A stretch of 64,000 nt of DNA, taken from contig JBJMLO010000008.1 of assembly GCA_045805265.1 (NCBI GenBank), forward strand, positions 128,846-192,845. Direction: 5' to 3'. Below the pieces are notes generated by a model. That model searched no databases. It was not told the origin of the DNA and was given only the letters and a program-made list of their open reading frames with translations. This DNA is from Actinomycetota bacterium. Lineage in GTDB: Bacteria; Actinomycetota; UBA4738; JACQTL01. The first letter of the stretch is position 1; the number at the start of each line of letters is the position of its first letter. Position numbers and translations under genes: made by a program. Positions 53,332-63,587 of this stretch are shown in pieces.

Positions 53332-54819
53332 TCAGGCGCCCGGCGTGGTCGTGAGCGGGAGCGGGATCACGCAGGCGGAACGCTCGCACGATTCCCGGGA
53401 CAGCTCGTGCAGGCGCAGGGCCAGCCGGTCCCGGAGCCCCCGGTGCCGGGGATCCTGCGCGAGGTTCCGCAGCTCGAATGGGTCGTGGCGGAGGTCGTAC
53501 AGCTCGCGCCAGCCGTTCGCGTACTCGATCCAGACGTACCGGTCGGTGTGCAGCCCCACGTACCGGGTGGGGCCCCCACGGAACCCCACGTCGCGCCCCT
53601 CCCACTCGACGAGCAGGTCGTGACGCCACGGTGCGTCCTGCCCCCGCATCAGCGGCACGAGGCTCCGGCCGTCCTCCGGCAGCGGCGGCGTGGTCCCCGC
53701 CAGCTCGGCGAACGTGGGGGCCATGTCGATGTTCGCGACGAGGTGGTCGTCGGTCACGGCCCGGTCCGTCCACGGCGTCCTGATCACGAGCGGCACCTTG
53801 ATCGACTCCTCGTACGGCCACGTCTTGGACAGCAGCCGGTGCTCGCCCCACATGAAACCGTTGTCGGACGCGAACACCACGATCGTGTTGTCGAGGACGC
53901 CGCGATCCTGCAGCGCCTGCACGATCCGGCCGACGTCGCGGTCCAGCGAGCGGATGGAGGCGAGCATGCTCCTCCGGATGCGCTGGGCCGACTCCTGTCC
54001 GGCGGTGCCGAGCGGACGGCTGTGCGCGTGCCACGGCTTGTCCGAGACGTCGGCCTCGTCGTACGACGGGGGGGTGGCCGGCGGGAGGTTCCGGTAGTAC
54101 CCGACGTCCTGCGGCGCGGCGACGGACGCGCGGTGCGGGTTGCTCGGCGCGACGTAGGCGAAGAAGGGCTGCGGCGCCTGCTCGATGAAGTCGCCGGTCA
54201 GCCCGGCCAGCACATCGGTCTCGTAGTGCCGCGGATCCCTCGGATAGGTGACCAGGCGGCCGTCGTGGTTCAACGTGAAGCCGTAGTACTGGTTGAGCGG
54301 CTCGGCGTCGAGGGCGTTCCAGCTCGACCATCCGGGCGGGACGTGGCACCGGCCGATCTCCGGGTAGCCGTTCAGGTACTTGCCGAACAGCCCCGTGGTG
54401 TAGCCCGCCGACTGCAACCAGGTGGCGATGGTCGACCGGTCGTCGAAGGCCTGCGCCCCGCCGTGCGAGCCGACGTTGTCGAGCACGCCCGTGTGGTGCC
54501 CGTACCGTCCGGTGAGGAACGACGAACGGGAGGGGCAGCACACGGGCGTTGTCGCGTAGAAGTGGGTGAACGTGATGCCGTGCGCGACCAGCAGGCGCCG
54601 GACGTTCGGCATCGCCCACAACGTGTCGGCACGCTGGTCGTCGCTGAGGATGAACACGATGTTCGGGGGGTTCGCGCGATGCGTCCGTCCGGGCCGGCCG
54701 ACCGAGCGGTCGGTGATCCCGGCACACCCCTGGCCCACCCCCGTGCCCACCGCGACCAGGACCCCGGCGATCACCGCCGTCACGAGCACGACCAGGCCCC
54801 GCCGGCTTCGGGTTCGCAT
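53332..54819 (-). CDS. sulfatase (formylglycine-dependent; Tat-type signal peptide)
   Basis: Track ORF 53332..54819. MRTRSRRGLVVLV... is the twin-arginine signal. The CCPSRSSFLTG C-x-P-x-R motif and SDNGF... are present. Confidence 0.85.
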   Translation of the reverse strand: MRTRSRRGLVVLVTAVIAGVLVAVGTGVGQGCAGITDRSVGRPGRTHRANPPNIVFILSDDQRADTLWAMPNVRRLLVAHGITFTHFYATTPVCCPSRSSFLTGRYGHHTGVLDNVGSHGGAQAFDDRSTIATWLQSAGYTTGLFGKYLNGYPEIGRCHVPPGWSSWNALDAEPLNQYYGFTLNHDGRLVTYPRDPRHYETDVLAGLTGDFIEQAPQPFFAYVAPSNPHRASVAAPQDVGYYRNLPPATPPSYDEADVSDKPWHAHSRPLGTAGQESAQRIRRSMLASIRSLDRDVGRIVQALQDRGVLDNTIVVFASDNGFMWGEHRLLSKTWPYEESIKVPLVIRTPWTDRAVTDDHLVANIDMAPTFAELAGTTPPLPEDGRSLVPLMRGQDAPWRHDLLVEWEGRDVGFRGGPTRYVGLHTDRYVWIEYANGWRELYDLRHDPFELRNLAQDPRHRGLRDRLALRLHELSRESCERSACVIPLPLTTTPGA

Positions 54820-54999
54820 GGGTGGGTCCGACCTCCAGGAGTGTCGGCATGGCGCCCGGTCCGTGCCGCCGTGCGAGGTTCGCCACGGAGCGCGGAACTG
54901 TCAACCCACGGGCCGGTGGATTGGACGCCGTGGAACCGGGCGGGGGGGCCGGGGAGCGCTACCCTCCTGGCAGGCCCAAGGTCGGCGCGAGGAGGAGCG

Positions 55000-55479
55000 G
55001 TGGACGGGTTCGAGGGCTCCGTGGTGGCGGTATTCCTCACCGCGGGGGGTGGCGGGGTTCCCCAGGAGACGCCCGAGGTGCAGGCGGTCGCCGGGCGCGG
55101 CCTCGAGGGCGACCGGTACTTCGCCGGCGTCGGCACGTTCGACACGCCGGCGCACGCCAACGAGCCCGACCGGCACGTCACGCTCATCGAGGCCGAGGCC
55201 ATCGACGCCGCCCGCCGCGACTACGACGTCCCGATCGGGCTGGGCGAGCACCGCCGGAACATCGTGACCAGGAACGTTCCCCTCAACCACCTCGTGGACC
55301 GGGAGTTCACGGTCGGGGAGGTGCGTCTGCGGGGCATCAAGCTGTGCGAGCCGTGCGCGCACATGGAGAACCTGTCCAAGCCGGGCGCCCGGAAGGCATT
55401 CACCCACCGGGGCGGGCTTCGCGCGGAGATCCTCGAGTCGGGGACGATCCGGGCCGGCGATCCGATCGCGCCTGTCTGA
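55000..55479 (+). CDS. MOSC-domain protein
   Basis: Frame of track ORF 53260..55479. GTG start after GAGGAGGAG. GLEGDRYF...HRRNIV...GEVRLRGIKLCEPCAHME. Confidence 0.75.
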   Translation: MDGFEGSVVAVFLTAGGGGVPQETPEVQAVAGRGLEGDRYFAGVGTFDTPAHANEPDRHVTLIEAEAIDAARRDYDVPIGLGEHRRNIVTRNVPLNHLVDREFTVGEVRLRGIKLCEPCAHMENLSKPGARKAFTHRGGLRAEILESGTIRAGDPIAPV

Positions 55480-55579
55480 TCTTCTGGCCCGGGTCGCACC
55501 TCGTTCCTCGGCTCCTTGCGGTCGCGGACCTGCCGAAGGATCGCCGTGGTGGAGGCGGCGAAGAGCGGAGAATTCGTGG

Positions 55580-57013
55580 TCAGGAACCCGCGGCGGCGTG
55601 CAATCGAGCCAGAGTGCGGCCCTTGCCCAGGAGTTCGAGGGATTCCGGCAGTGGCGGGGAGACCGTCGTGCCGGTGACGGCCGCGCGGATGGGTTGCCAG
55701 CCTTTCGTGCGGTTGAGGCCGGCTTCCCCGGCCGCGGAATCCATGGCGGCGATGATCTCCTTCGCCTTCCAGTCCGTGACCGGCTCCAGCTTGCCGGCGG
55801 CGACGCCCAGATAGTCGGGACCGACCTTGTCGATCGCGGCGCGGGCCTTGTCGTCGAGGGTGACGTCTTCGATGAAGAGGAACCGGAGCATGGGTGCTGC
55901 CTCTTCCAGCGTGCGCATGCGTTCCTTGACGTGGGGGGCGGCCTTGCGAACGGTCTCGAGCTCGGGGGTGAGGCCGGCGTCGGCGAGGAAGGGGACCATG
56001 CGGGCGGCGAGCTCCTCGTCGGAGAGCGAGCGGATGTAGTGGCCGTTCATCCAGGTGAGCTTCTCGACGTCGAATATGGCCGGGTGGTGGGAGACGCCGT
56101 CGAGGTCGAAGCGGCGGATCAGCTCCTCGCGGGGCAGGATCTCCTCGTTGTGGCCGGGGGACCAGCCGAGGAGCGAGAGGTAGTTGACCACGGCCTCGGG
56201 GAGGTAGCCGTGCTCGCGGAACCACTCGACGGCGACGGCGCCGTGGCGCTTCGACAGCTTGGCGCGATCCGGACCGAGGATCAGCGGCAGGTGGGCGTAG
56301 CGGGGCGGTGAGGCCTCGAGCGCCTCGAACATCAGCAGCTGGCGCGGAGTCGAGGGCAGGAGGTCCTCACCCCGGATGACGTGGGTCATGCCCATCCGCA
56401 GGTCGTCGACCCCGCTCGCCAGGAGATAGGTCGGCGACCCGTCAGACCGCACGACGATGAAGTCGCGCAGCGAGTCCGCCGCGAAACGCTGCGGGCCCTT
56501 CACCAGGTCGTCGAACGTGACGTCGCGGCCCTCCGGGATGGCGAACCGCAGGGCCCAGGGGCGGCCCTCGGACTCGAACGCCGCGCGCTCCGCGTCGGTG
56601 AGGCGGCGGCACCGGCCGTCGTACCCGGGCGCCGCGCCGCGAGCCCTGGCCGCCTCCCGGCGCTGCTCCAGCTCCTCGGGCGTGCAGTAGCACCGGTACG
56701 CGTGGCCCCCCTCGGCGAGCTGCCCGGCGGCCTCGCGGTAGATATCGAACCGCTCCGTCTGGCGGTACGGTGCATGCGGTCCGCCGATCTCCGGTCCCTC
56801 GTCCCAGTCCAGCCCGAGCCAGTGCAGCGAGCGTTCCAGCACGTGGACGGCCTCGTCGGTGACCCGGTCGGCGTCGGTGTCCTCGACCCGCAGCACGAAC
56901 ACGCCGCCGTGATGCCGGGCGAACAGCCAGTTGAACAGGGCGGTGCGCGCGCCGCCGACGTGGAGGAACCCGCTCGGCGCCGGCGCGAACCGCGCGCGTA
57001 CGGCAGTGCTCAC
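55580..57013 (-). CDS. gltX: glutamate--tRNA ligase
   Basis: Track ORF 55580..57013. RFAPAPSGFLHVGGARTALFNW...KLSKRHG. Confidence 0.9.
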   Translation of the reverse strand: MSTAVRARFAPAPSGFLHVGGARTALFNWLFARHHGGVFVLRVEDTDADRVTDEAVHVLERSLHWLGLDWDEGPEIGGPHAPYRQTERFDIYREAAGQLAEGGHAYRCYCTPEELEQRREAARARGAAPGYDGRCRRLTDAERAAFESEGRPWALRFAIPEGRDVTFDDLVKGPQRFAADSLRDFIVVRSDGSPTYLLASGVDDLRMGMTHVIRGEDLLPSTPRQLLMFEALEASPPRYAHLPLILGPDRAKLSKRHGAVAVEWFREHGYLPEAVVNYLSLLGWSPGHNEEILPREELIRRFDLDGVSHHPAIFDVEKLTWMNGHYIRSLSDEELAARMVPFLADAGLTPELETVRKAAPHVKERMRTLEEAAPMLRFLFIEDVTLDDKARAAIDKVGPDYLGVAAGKLEPVTDWKAKEIIAAMDSAAGEAGLNRTKGWQPIRAAVTGTTVSPPLPESLELLGKGRTLARLHAAAGS

Positions 57014-57029
57014 GCGACCATTCTCGCAG

Positions 57030-57788
57030 TCAGGCGGCGACGACCGGATTCTGCAGGGATCCGATCCCCTCGATCTCGACCTCGACGCGGTCGCCGGGCT
57101 GCAGCGGCCCGATCCCGGCCGGGGTCCCCGTCATGATCACGTCGCCGGGGAGCAGCGTCATGAACGTCGAGACGAACGCGACGAGCCCGGCGGGGCCGAA
57201 CGTGAGGTCGGAGGTACGGGCCTGCTGGCGGACCTCGCCGTTGACCCGGGTGGTGAGCTCCAGGTCGGCGGGGTCCACGTCCGTCTCGATCCACGGCCCG
57301 AGGGGGCAGGAGGTGTCGAACCCCTTGGCCCGGGTCCACTGGCCGTCCCGGGCCTGGAGGTCGCGGAGCGTCACGTCGTTCCCGCAGGTGTACCCGAGGA
57401 TGGCCAGGACGGCGTCCTCCAGCGACAGCCGGTGGGCCAGGCGGCCGATCACCACCGCGAGCTCGCCCTCATAGTCCATCCGCTCGCTGATCGGCGGGTA
57501 CACGATGGGGTCGCCGGGACCGATCACCGACGTCGAGGGCTTCAGGAAGGTGAGCGGCTCGTCCGGAACCTGCTCGTCCATCTCCCTCGCGTGCTCGGCG
57601 TAGTTCCGGCCGACGGCGACGACCTTCGACGGCAGCACCGGCGCCAGGAGCCGCACGTCGTCGGCGGGAATCGCCTCACCCGTGGGAACCGGCGCTTCGA
57701 AGAACGTTCCCCGCAGCGGCTGCACCTCGCCGCCGTCGAGGACGCCGGTGGCGATGCGGTCGCCGAACCGGAAGCGGACCAGCCTCAT
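57030..57788 (-). CDS. fumarylacetoacetate hydrolase (FAH) family protein
   Basis: Track ORF 57030..57788. ...DYEGELAVVIG...GDVIMTGTPAG.... Its position next to gltX matches the common actinobacterial arrangement. Confidence 0.85.
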   Translation of the reverse strand: MRLVRFRFGDRIATGVLDGGEVQPLRGTFFEAPVPTGEAIPADDVRLLAPVLPSKVVAVGRNYAEHAREMDEQVPDEPLTFLKPSTSVIGPGDPIVYPPISERMDYEGELAVVIGRLAHRLSLEDAVLAILGYTCGNDVTLRDLQARDGQWTRAKGFDTSCPLGPWIETDVDPADLELTTRVNGEVRQQARTSDLTFGPAGLVAFVSTFMTLLPGDVIMTGTPAGIGPLQPGDRVEVEIEGIGSLQNPVVAA

Positions 57789-58049
57789 CGGTCCGGCAGG
57801 CTACCGGATCGCTCCCAGCGGCACCGAGGCCCCGGCCGGGGCGCCCTTCCACACGGAGGGGCCGGAGCGTGGCCCCGGCCCCTCGCGGGGCACGGGCGAG
57901 GGGGATGCCCGCGCCCCGGCTCTCGTCCCAGCTTGCCCCGCTGGTCGGCCAGTCTAGGTCACCGGTGCAAATCGGCCGTACCGCCACGGGAGCGGAGAGT
58001 CGGGCACGCGGAATCGGCGTCGACTGCGGAGTCGCGGCGGTGGACGAGC

Positions 58050-58976
58050 TCAGGCGGAGACCGGGCTCATCCAGCCGGCGTACTTGTCGATCTCGCCGTG
58101 CACCGCACCCAGGAACTCGCTCTGGATCTCCTTGGTGATCGGCCCCCGGCCGCTGGCCGCGACGGCGTGGTCGTCGACCTCCTTGATCGGGCACACCTCG
58201 GCCGCGGTGCCCGTGAAGAAGGCCTCGTCGGCGAAGTACAGGTCCGTGCGGACCAGGTTCTCCTCGTGGACCGTGTACCCGAGGTCCCGGGCGATCGTGA
58301 TCACGGTGTCGCGCGTGATGCCGTCGAGGCACCCGGCGGACAGCGGCGGCGTGTACAGCTCGCCGTCCTTGATCAGGAACACGTTCTCGCCGCTGCCGTC
58401 GGTGACGTAGCCGGACTGGTTCAGCATGATGGCCTCGTCGTACCCGGCCTTGGCCGACTCGATCTTGGCCAGGACAGAGTTGATGTACTGCCCGGTGGCC
58501 TTGGCGCCCGGCGGGATGACGTTCGGATCGAGGCGCTTCCACGACGAGATCTTGACCCTGGCGCCCTTCTCCAGCGCCTCCTCGCCCAGGTACACGCCCC
58601 ACGCCCACACCGTGATCGAGATGTTCACCGGGGCGTTCAGCGGGTTGATGCCCATCTCGCCGTATCCCCGGTGGACGAGCGGCCGGATGTAGCACTCAGC
58701 GAGGCCGTTCGCCCGGACGGTCTCCCGGATGGCGTCCTCGATCGCCTCCAGCGAGTACGGGACTTCCATGTGGTACAGGTGCGCCGAGCGGAACAGCCGC
58801 CGGACGTGGTCGTTGAGGCGGAAGACGGCGGTGCCCCGGGAGGTGTCGTAGGCCCGGATTCCCTCGAAGACGCCCGTTCCGTAGTGCACGGAGTGCGTGA
58901 GGATCGGGATGTGCGCCTCGTCCCACCCGACGAGAGCTCCGTCCATCCAGACCTTCTCGACGGGCTGAACCGGCAC
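58050..58976 (-). CDS. ilvE: branched-chain amino-acid aminotransferase (class IV, IlvE)
   Basis: Track ORF 58050..59102 trimmed to the GTG with AAGGAGG 5 nt upstream (MPVQPVEKVWMDGALVGWDEAHIPILTHSVHYGTGVFEGIRAY...). It is collinear with E. coli IlvE, and the 308-aa length matches. Confidence 0.85.
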   Translation of the reverse strand: MPVQPVEKVWMDGALVGWDEAHIPILTHSVHYGTGVFEGIRAYDTSRGTAVFRLNDHVRRLFRSAHLYHMEVPYSLEAIEDAIRETVRANGLAECYIRPLVHRGYGEMGINPLNAPVNISITVWAWGVYLGEEALEKGARVKISSWKRLDPNVIPPGAKATGQYINSVLAKIESAKAGYDEAIMLNQSGYVTDGSGENVFLIKDGELYTPPLSAGCLDGITRDTVITIARDLGYTVHEENLVRTDLYFADEAFFTGTAAEVCPIKEVDDHAVAASGRGPITKEIQSEFLGAVHGEIDKYAGWMSPVSA

Positions 58977-59139
58977 CGGCGCCTCCTTCCGACTCTGCGC
59001 GAACCGGAAGCTCGCGCTGCTCTGGGGGCCCAGCATACCCAGCGAAGCGAACCAAGCGGCGGCCGCGCTCGCGGCGGTCGTCACGGCATCGGAATTCCTC
59101 ACGGGTTCCGTGTCGGGTGCGGCCGGGATGCGGGCCGGG

Positions 59140-60723
59140 TCAGGCCGGAAGGACGATCGCCCGGGCCTGCTGGGCGCCGATCTCGGTTGCGATCCGCTGC
59201 AGGACCTCCGGGGGGATCGGCGTGTCGACGGTGACGCACATCAGCGCGAGGCCCCCGGCGGCGCTCCGGGCGACCTGGGCGCCCGCGATGTTGATGGCCG
59301 CCTCGCCGAGCATCGTCCCGATGCGGCCGATCACGCCCGGGCGGTCCTCGTATCGGAAGAACGCCATGTGCGTAGCCGGCGCCATGTCGACGTCGAGCTC
59401 GAACACCTGGACCAGGCGCTCAGCGTCCCGCTTGCCCACCAGCGTCCCGGCCACCTGGACATCGCCGGCGTCGGTCTCGCCGCGGAGCGTCACCAGGTTG
59501 ACGTAGTCGCGGGTGACCGTGGACTTCCGCTCGCTGAGGGTGATGCCGCGCTCGGCAGCGATGATCGGTGCATTCACGTAGCTCACCGGCTCGTGGACCA
59601 CGCCGTGCAGGCATCCCTTCAGCGCGGCGAGCGTCAGCACGCGGGTATCGGCCTCTGCGATGCGGCCGGTGTACTCGCACTCCAGCGACTGGAGGGCGCC
59701 GTCGGCGAGCCCGGTGAGGACCGCCCCGAGGTGCTCGACCAGCGGCAGGAACGCCCGGACGGCCTCGGGGACGTCCGCGCCGGCGGAGACGTTCACCGCG
59801 TACGGCACGAACTCGCCGCGCAGCGCGAGGCGGACCATCTCGGCGATCGCGGTCCCCGCCTTGTCCTGTGCCTCGACGGTCGAGGCGCCGAGGTGCGGCG
59901 TGACCACGACGTCGTCGAGCTCGAACAGGGGCGACTCGGTGGTCGGTTCCACCGCGAAGACGTCGAGGGCAGCGCCGCCGAGGTGGCCGTCCTTCAGGGT
60001 CTTGGCCAGGGCGTCCTCGTCGACGATCCCCCCCCGGGCCGTGTTCACCAGGCGCGCGCCGTCCTTCATCAGGGCCAGCTCGCGCTCGCCGATCAGGCCC
60101 TCGGTCTCGGGGGTGCGGGGCAGGTGGATCGTCAGGAAGTCGGACTGCACCAGCACCGCCTCGAGGCCGGGCATGAGCTCGACGCCCATCTCCTTGGCGC
60201 GGTCGCGGCTGACGTAGGGGTCGTACGCGATGACCCGCATGCCGAAAGCGGCCGACCGGTGAGCGACCATGGCGCCGACCCGCCCGAGGCCGATGACGCC
60301 GATCGTCTTCCCGGCGAGCTCCACGCCCTGGAACCTCGACCGCGACCACTCCCCCCGCTTCAGGGCCCGGTCGGCCTGGGGGATGTTCCGGGCTTGGGCC
60401 AGCAGGAGCGCCAGCGTGTGCTCGGCGGCGGACAGGATGTTCGACTGGGGGGCGTTCACGACCATCACGCCCCGCCGGGTGGCCGCCTCGACGTCGACGT
60501 TGTCGAGCCCGATCCCGGCACGGGCGATGACCTTGAGGTTCTCGGCCGCCTCGATCACGTCGGCGGTGACCTGCGTCTGCGACCGGATGATCAACGCGTC
60601 GTAGGGATGGATCTCTGCTGCCAGCCCGCCGGCGGCCAGATCCTCGCGCACGTCGACCTGGAAGTCCTTCCGGAGCAGGGCGATCCCCCGCTCGGAAAGC
60701 TGCTCGGTGACCAGGATCCGCAT
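59140..60723 (-). CDS. serA: D-3-phosphoglycerate dehydrogenase (long form with ASB and ACT domains)
   Basis: Track ORF 59140..61002 trimmed to MRILVTEQLSERGIALL.... GVIGLGRVG is the NAD-binding motif. 528 aa. Confidence 0.9.
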   Translation of the reverse strand: MRILVTEQLSERGIALLRKDFQVDVREDLAAGGLAAEIHPYDALIIRSQTQVTADVIEAAENLKVIARAGIGLDNVDVEAATRRGVMVVNAPQSNILSAAEHTLALLLAQARNIPQADRALKRGEWSRSRFQGVELAGKTIGVIGLGRVGAMVAHRSAAFGMRVIAYDPYVSRDRAKEMGVELMPGLEAVLVQSDFLTIHLPRTPETEGLIGERELALMKDGARLVNTARGGIVDEDALAKTLKDGHLGGAALDVFAVEPTTESPLFELDDVVVTPHLGASTVEAQDKAGTAIAEMVRLALRGEFVPYAVNVSAGADVPEAVRAFLPLVEHLGAVLTGLADGALQSLECEYTGRIAEADTRVLTLAALKGCLHGVVHEPVSYVNAPIIAAERGITLSERKSTVTRDYVNLVTLRGETDAGDVQVAGTLVGKRDAERLVQVFELDVDMAPATHMAFFRYEDRPGVIGRIGTMLGEAAINIAGAQVARSAAGGLALMCVTVDTPIPPEVLQRIATEIGAQQARAIVLPA

Positions 60724-61131
60724 GGCTCGCCCATTCTCCCGTGCGGGGTCCCCGGCGACATCCGTGGGATCGGACCGAGTGGAACGGTTCGTATCCAAGC
60801 TCGACGCACCGCGGCCGGGCGGCTCCGCGGTCGCGGTCACCGAGGCGGTCGTCGAGGCCCTCGGCGGCAACGTCCGGGTCAGGGTGACGGGAAGTATCGA
60901 ACACCAGTCGCTGAATCTGTCAGTGAAGCGCGTCACAGCAGACGCACGTTCTTTTCGGCTCTCCGAGTTGCCGGCTTCGAGCGGCGGGCCGGATGTCGGC
61001 AAAAAAGGCCCAGTCCCTTACCGCTGGATCAGGCACCGCTCCGCGCCGGCGGGTGCAGGTGGCCGACGGAAGCAGTGACCAGGGCGAGAGACCGAGGCAG
61101 CCCGGACGATTCGGTCCGTCGGCGACTCGAC

Positions 61132-62301
61132 TCAGCCGCGGTTGGCCAGGGCATTCTCGGCGGCAAAGACCTCCTCGGCCGCCGCGACGGCGCTGCCGCG
61201 CTTCACCGGGTAGCCCATCCCGTCGAGGGTCATCTCCAGGGCGGCGAGGCCCCGGATCATGTCGAGCCGGTCGTAGTAGCCGAGGTGGCCAATGCGGAAC
61301 ACCTTGCCCTTCAGCGGACCCTGGCCGGGCGCCAGCACGATGCCGTGCTCGGCCCGAACCCTGGCGACCAGCTCGTTGCCGTCGATGCCCTCGGGTGCGC
61401 GGATCGCCGTGACTGCCCAGGCCTTCTCGGGGTTGTCCCCGAACAGGTCGAGGCCGAGCGCTCGGACACCCTCCTTCAGGCCCCGGGCCAGCACGCGGTG
61501 CCGCTCGAGCGCCGCGTCGGCGCCGTCGGCGAAGTACAGCTCGAGCGCGGCCTGCAGCCCCTGCACCAGCGAGATCGCCGGCGTCCAGGGGTTCTCCGGG
61601 TCGGGCAGGTCGTAGGACGCCTTGTAGGCCGCCCAGTCGAAGTAGAACCGAGGGCACGTCGCCGTCTCGTTCGCCTTCCATGCGCCGTCGCTGACGGCGA
61701 CGAACGCCAGCCCGGGCGTCGCGCTGAGCGCCTTCTGGGAGCCGCCGCAGGCCACGTCGACGCCCCACGCGTCGCACTCGAACGGAACGGCGCCCACGCT
61801 CGACACGCAGTCCACCGCGAGCAGCACGCCTGCGTCCCGAGCAATCTCGCCGACCGCCTCGACGTCGTGAAGCACGGCCGTCGACGTCTCGCTCTGCTGG
61901 ACGAGGATGCCCTTCGTCGGCGCCTCCTCGACCGCGGCCTTCACGTCCGCCGGCTTCAGCGCCCGGCCCCACTCGTAGTCGATGGTGCGCACGTCGAGGC
62001 CGTACACCCGCGCGATCTTCGCGAACCGCTCCCCGAAGTACCCCGCCACCGGAACCACCACGCGGTCGCCCGGCGAGAACATGTTCGCCACCGACGACTC
62101 CAGGGCGCCGGTCCCCGATGACGTGAACACCAACACGTCGTTCTTCGTCCGGAAGAGGCGCTGCAGCTGCTCGGTGACCTCCCGCAGGAGCTTCCCGTAC
62201 CCCGGTCCGCGGTGGTAGACGAGTGGCTGCGACTGCGCCTGCAACACCTGCGGAGGTACGGGAACGGGGCCGGGTGCCATGAAGATCTCGGGCTTGTCCA
62301 T
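61132..62301 (-). CDS. class V PLP-dependent aminotransferase (serine/alanine--glyoxylate or SerC-like)
   Basis: Track ORF 61132..62355 trimmed to MDKPEIFMAPGPVPVPPQVLQA.... Includes ...GGSQKAL.... Confidence 0.8.
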   Translation of the reverse strand: MDKPEIFMAPGPVPVPPQVLQAQSQPLVYHRGPGYGKLLREVTEQLQRLFRTKNDVLVFTSSGTGALESSVANMFSPGDRVVVPVAGYFGERFAKIARVYGLDVRTIDYEWGRALKPADVKAAVEEAPTKGILVQQSETSTAVLHDVEAVGEIARDAGVLLAVDCVSSVGAVPFECDAWGVDVACGGSQKALSATPGLAFVAVSDGAWKANETATCPRFYFDWAAYKASYDLPDPENPWTPAISLVQGLQAALELYFADGADAALERHRVLARGLKEGVRALGLDLFGDNPEKAWAVTAIRAPEGIDGNELVARVRAEHGIVLAPGQGPLKGKVFRIGHLGYYDRLDMIRGLAALEMTLDGMGYPVKRGSAVAAAEEVFAAENALANRG

Positions 62302-62420
62302 GAGAAGCGCTCCCCTGGTCGACGGGCGGTCCGCGGATCCGGGACAGGCTATCACCGCCTCGTTGGCGGACCCGATCGACGCTCGTCGCCGCCTCGGGGC
62401 GAATCCTGCAAGCTGTGAGG

Positions 62421-63221
62421 ATGAGCAAGAAGGAGCGACCGGACGATCCCAGGTTCTGGGCCGGAGGCCCGCTGACCAGGGACGGCGCCCCGGTGCCCGA
62501 CGACTGGGACCCGGATTGGCCGAAGTTCCGACCCGTCGATGATCCCACGCCGCTTCGCTGGCTGGCCGACGCGCTGGTCCCGGGGCAGTGGCCGTACCGG
62601 GTGGACTGGATCTTGCCGCGTGGCTACGCCGCGAATGCGAGGGTGCTCCATCCGGTCACCGATGAGCACGGCGTGCCGATGGTGCCATGGGCCCGGGTGG
62701 CGGCTTGGAGCGGGCGCCGGCTCGAGCCCACCTCGTACTTCTTCGACATCGCCACCCGGGAGGATGGGACGCAGTGGCCTGGGACGCCCGAGGACGGGAA
62801 ACTGGGGGACGACCTCCTCGAGTTCATCCTCGAAACCCTGGTACCCGCCACGACGACGCCCGGCGCCGGGTGGTTCTGCCTGTGGCCGGGGCAGGCCAGC
62901 TTCCACCTGGTGTGGCCGGATGCGCCGGTGTTCCAGGTCGGGCCGAGTGGGAGCGGAGCGGACGCCTATCTGATCCCCGCTCCGCTTCGAGCAGTGCTCG
63001 GGGACCTGCCGGGACGGCCCACCTGGTGGTGGCCGGAGGATCGCTCCTGGATCGTCGCCACGGAGATCGACGGGTTCTCGACCTATGTGGCCGGCTCCAC
63101 CGATGTCATCGGGTCGATCGTCGCCGATGGGCGGCTCGAGTCGTTCCCGGCCTCCCCCGACGACCCGTGGGAGGGGTGCCATCCGGGGCAGACGCGTTGG
63201 TCCGGGCCGGATCCGGACTGA
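62421..63221 (+). CDS. hypothetical protein (Trp/Pro-rich)
   Basis: Track ORF 62415..63221. The start (GTG at 62415 or ATG at 62421) has no convincing SD. Confidence 0.55.
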   Translation: MSKKERPDDPRFWAGGPLTRDGAPVPDDWDPDWPKFRPVDDPTPLRWLADALVPGQWPYRVDWILPRGYAANARVLHPVTDEHGVPMVPWARVAAWSGRRLEPTSYFFDIATREDGTQWPGTPEDGKLGDDLLEFILETLVPATTTPGAGWFCLWPGQASFHLVWPDAPVFQVGPSGSGADAYLIPAPLRAVLGDLPGRPTWWWPEDRSWIVATEIDGFSTYVAGSTDVIGSIVADGRLESFPASPDDPWEGCHPGQTRWSGPDPD

Positions 63222-63587
63222 GGATCGGAATCACACTTCGAGATCCGTGTCCAAACGCCGGACCGGTCGAGCAGCCGCCCGAGTGCATCAGATGTCGCGC
63301 AGGACCTTCCAGACGTCCTCACCCTGGGGGCGGAAGTCGAAGTCGGCGTGGCCCCGGTGGAGCTTGCCGTTGCCGTTCCCATTGGCCGCCGTCTTCCGGT
63401 TCAGGCGGAACAGGCGCTCCCAGAGCGTCCGGTGACCGTTCGCCCGGTCGACCGACCGGGCCAGCGAATCCAGCTGTGCCTCGCGGATCCGCTGGAGCCG
63501 ATTCAGCTCTCAGCCGGGGTGGGAGACGTTGGGTGTGAACATGGGCGTCACCCACATGGTCCCACGGAACGCACCCGTGTTACGCGC

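Noticed and set aside
60707-61078. 123-aa plus-strand ORF in the serA upstream region
   Set aside because: No RBS and weak composition. The region is more plausibly a non-coding leader or regulatory region.
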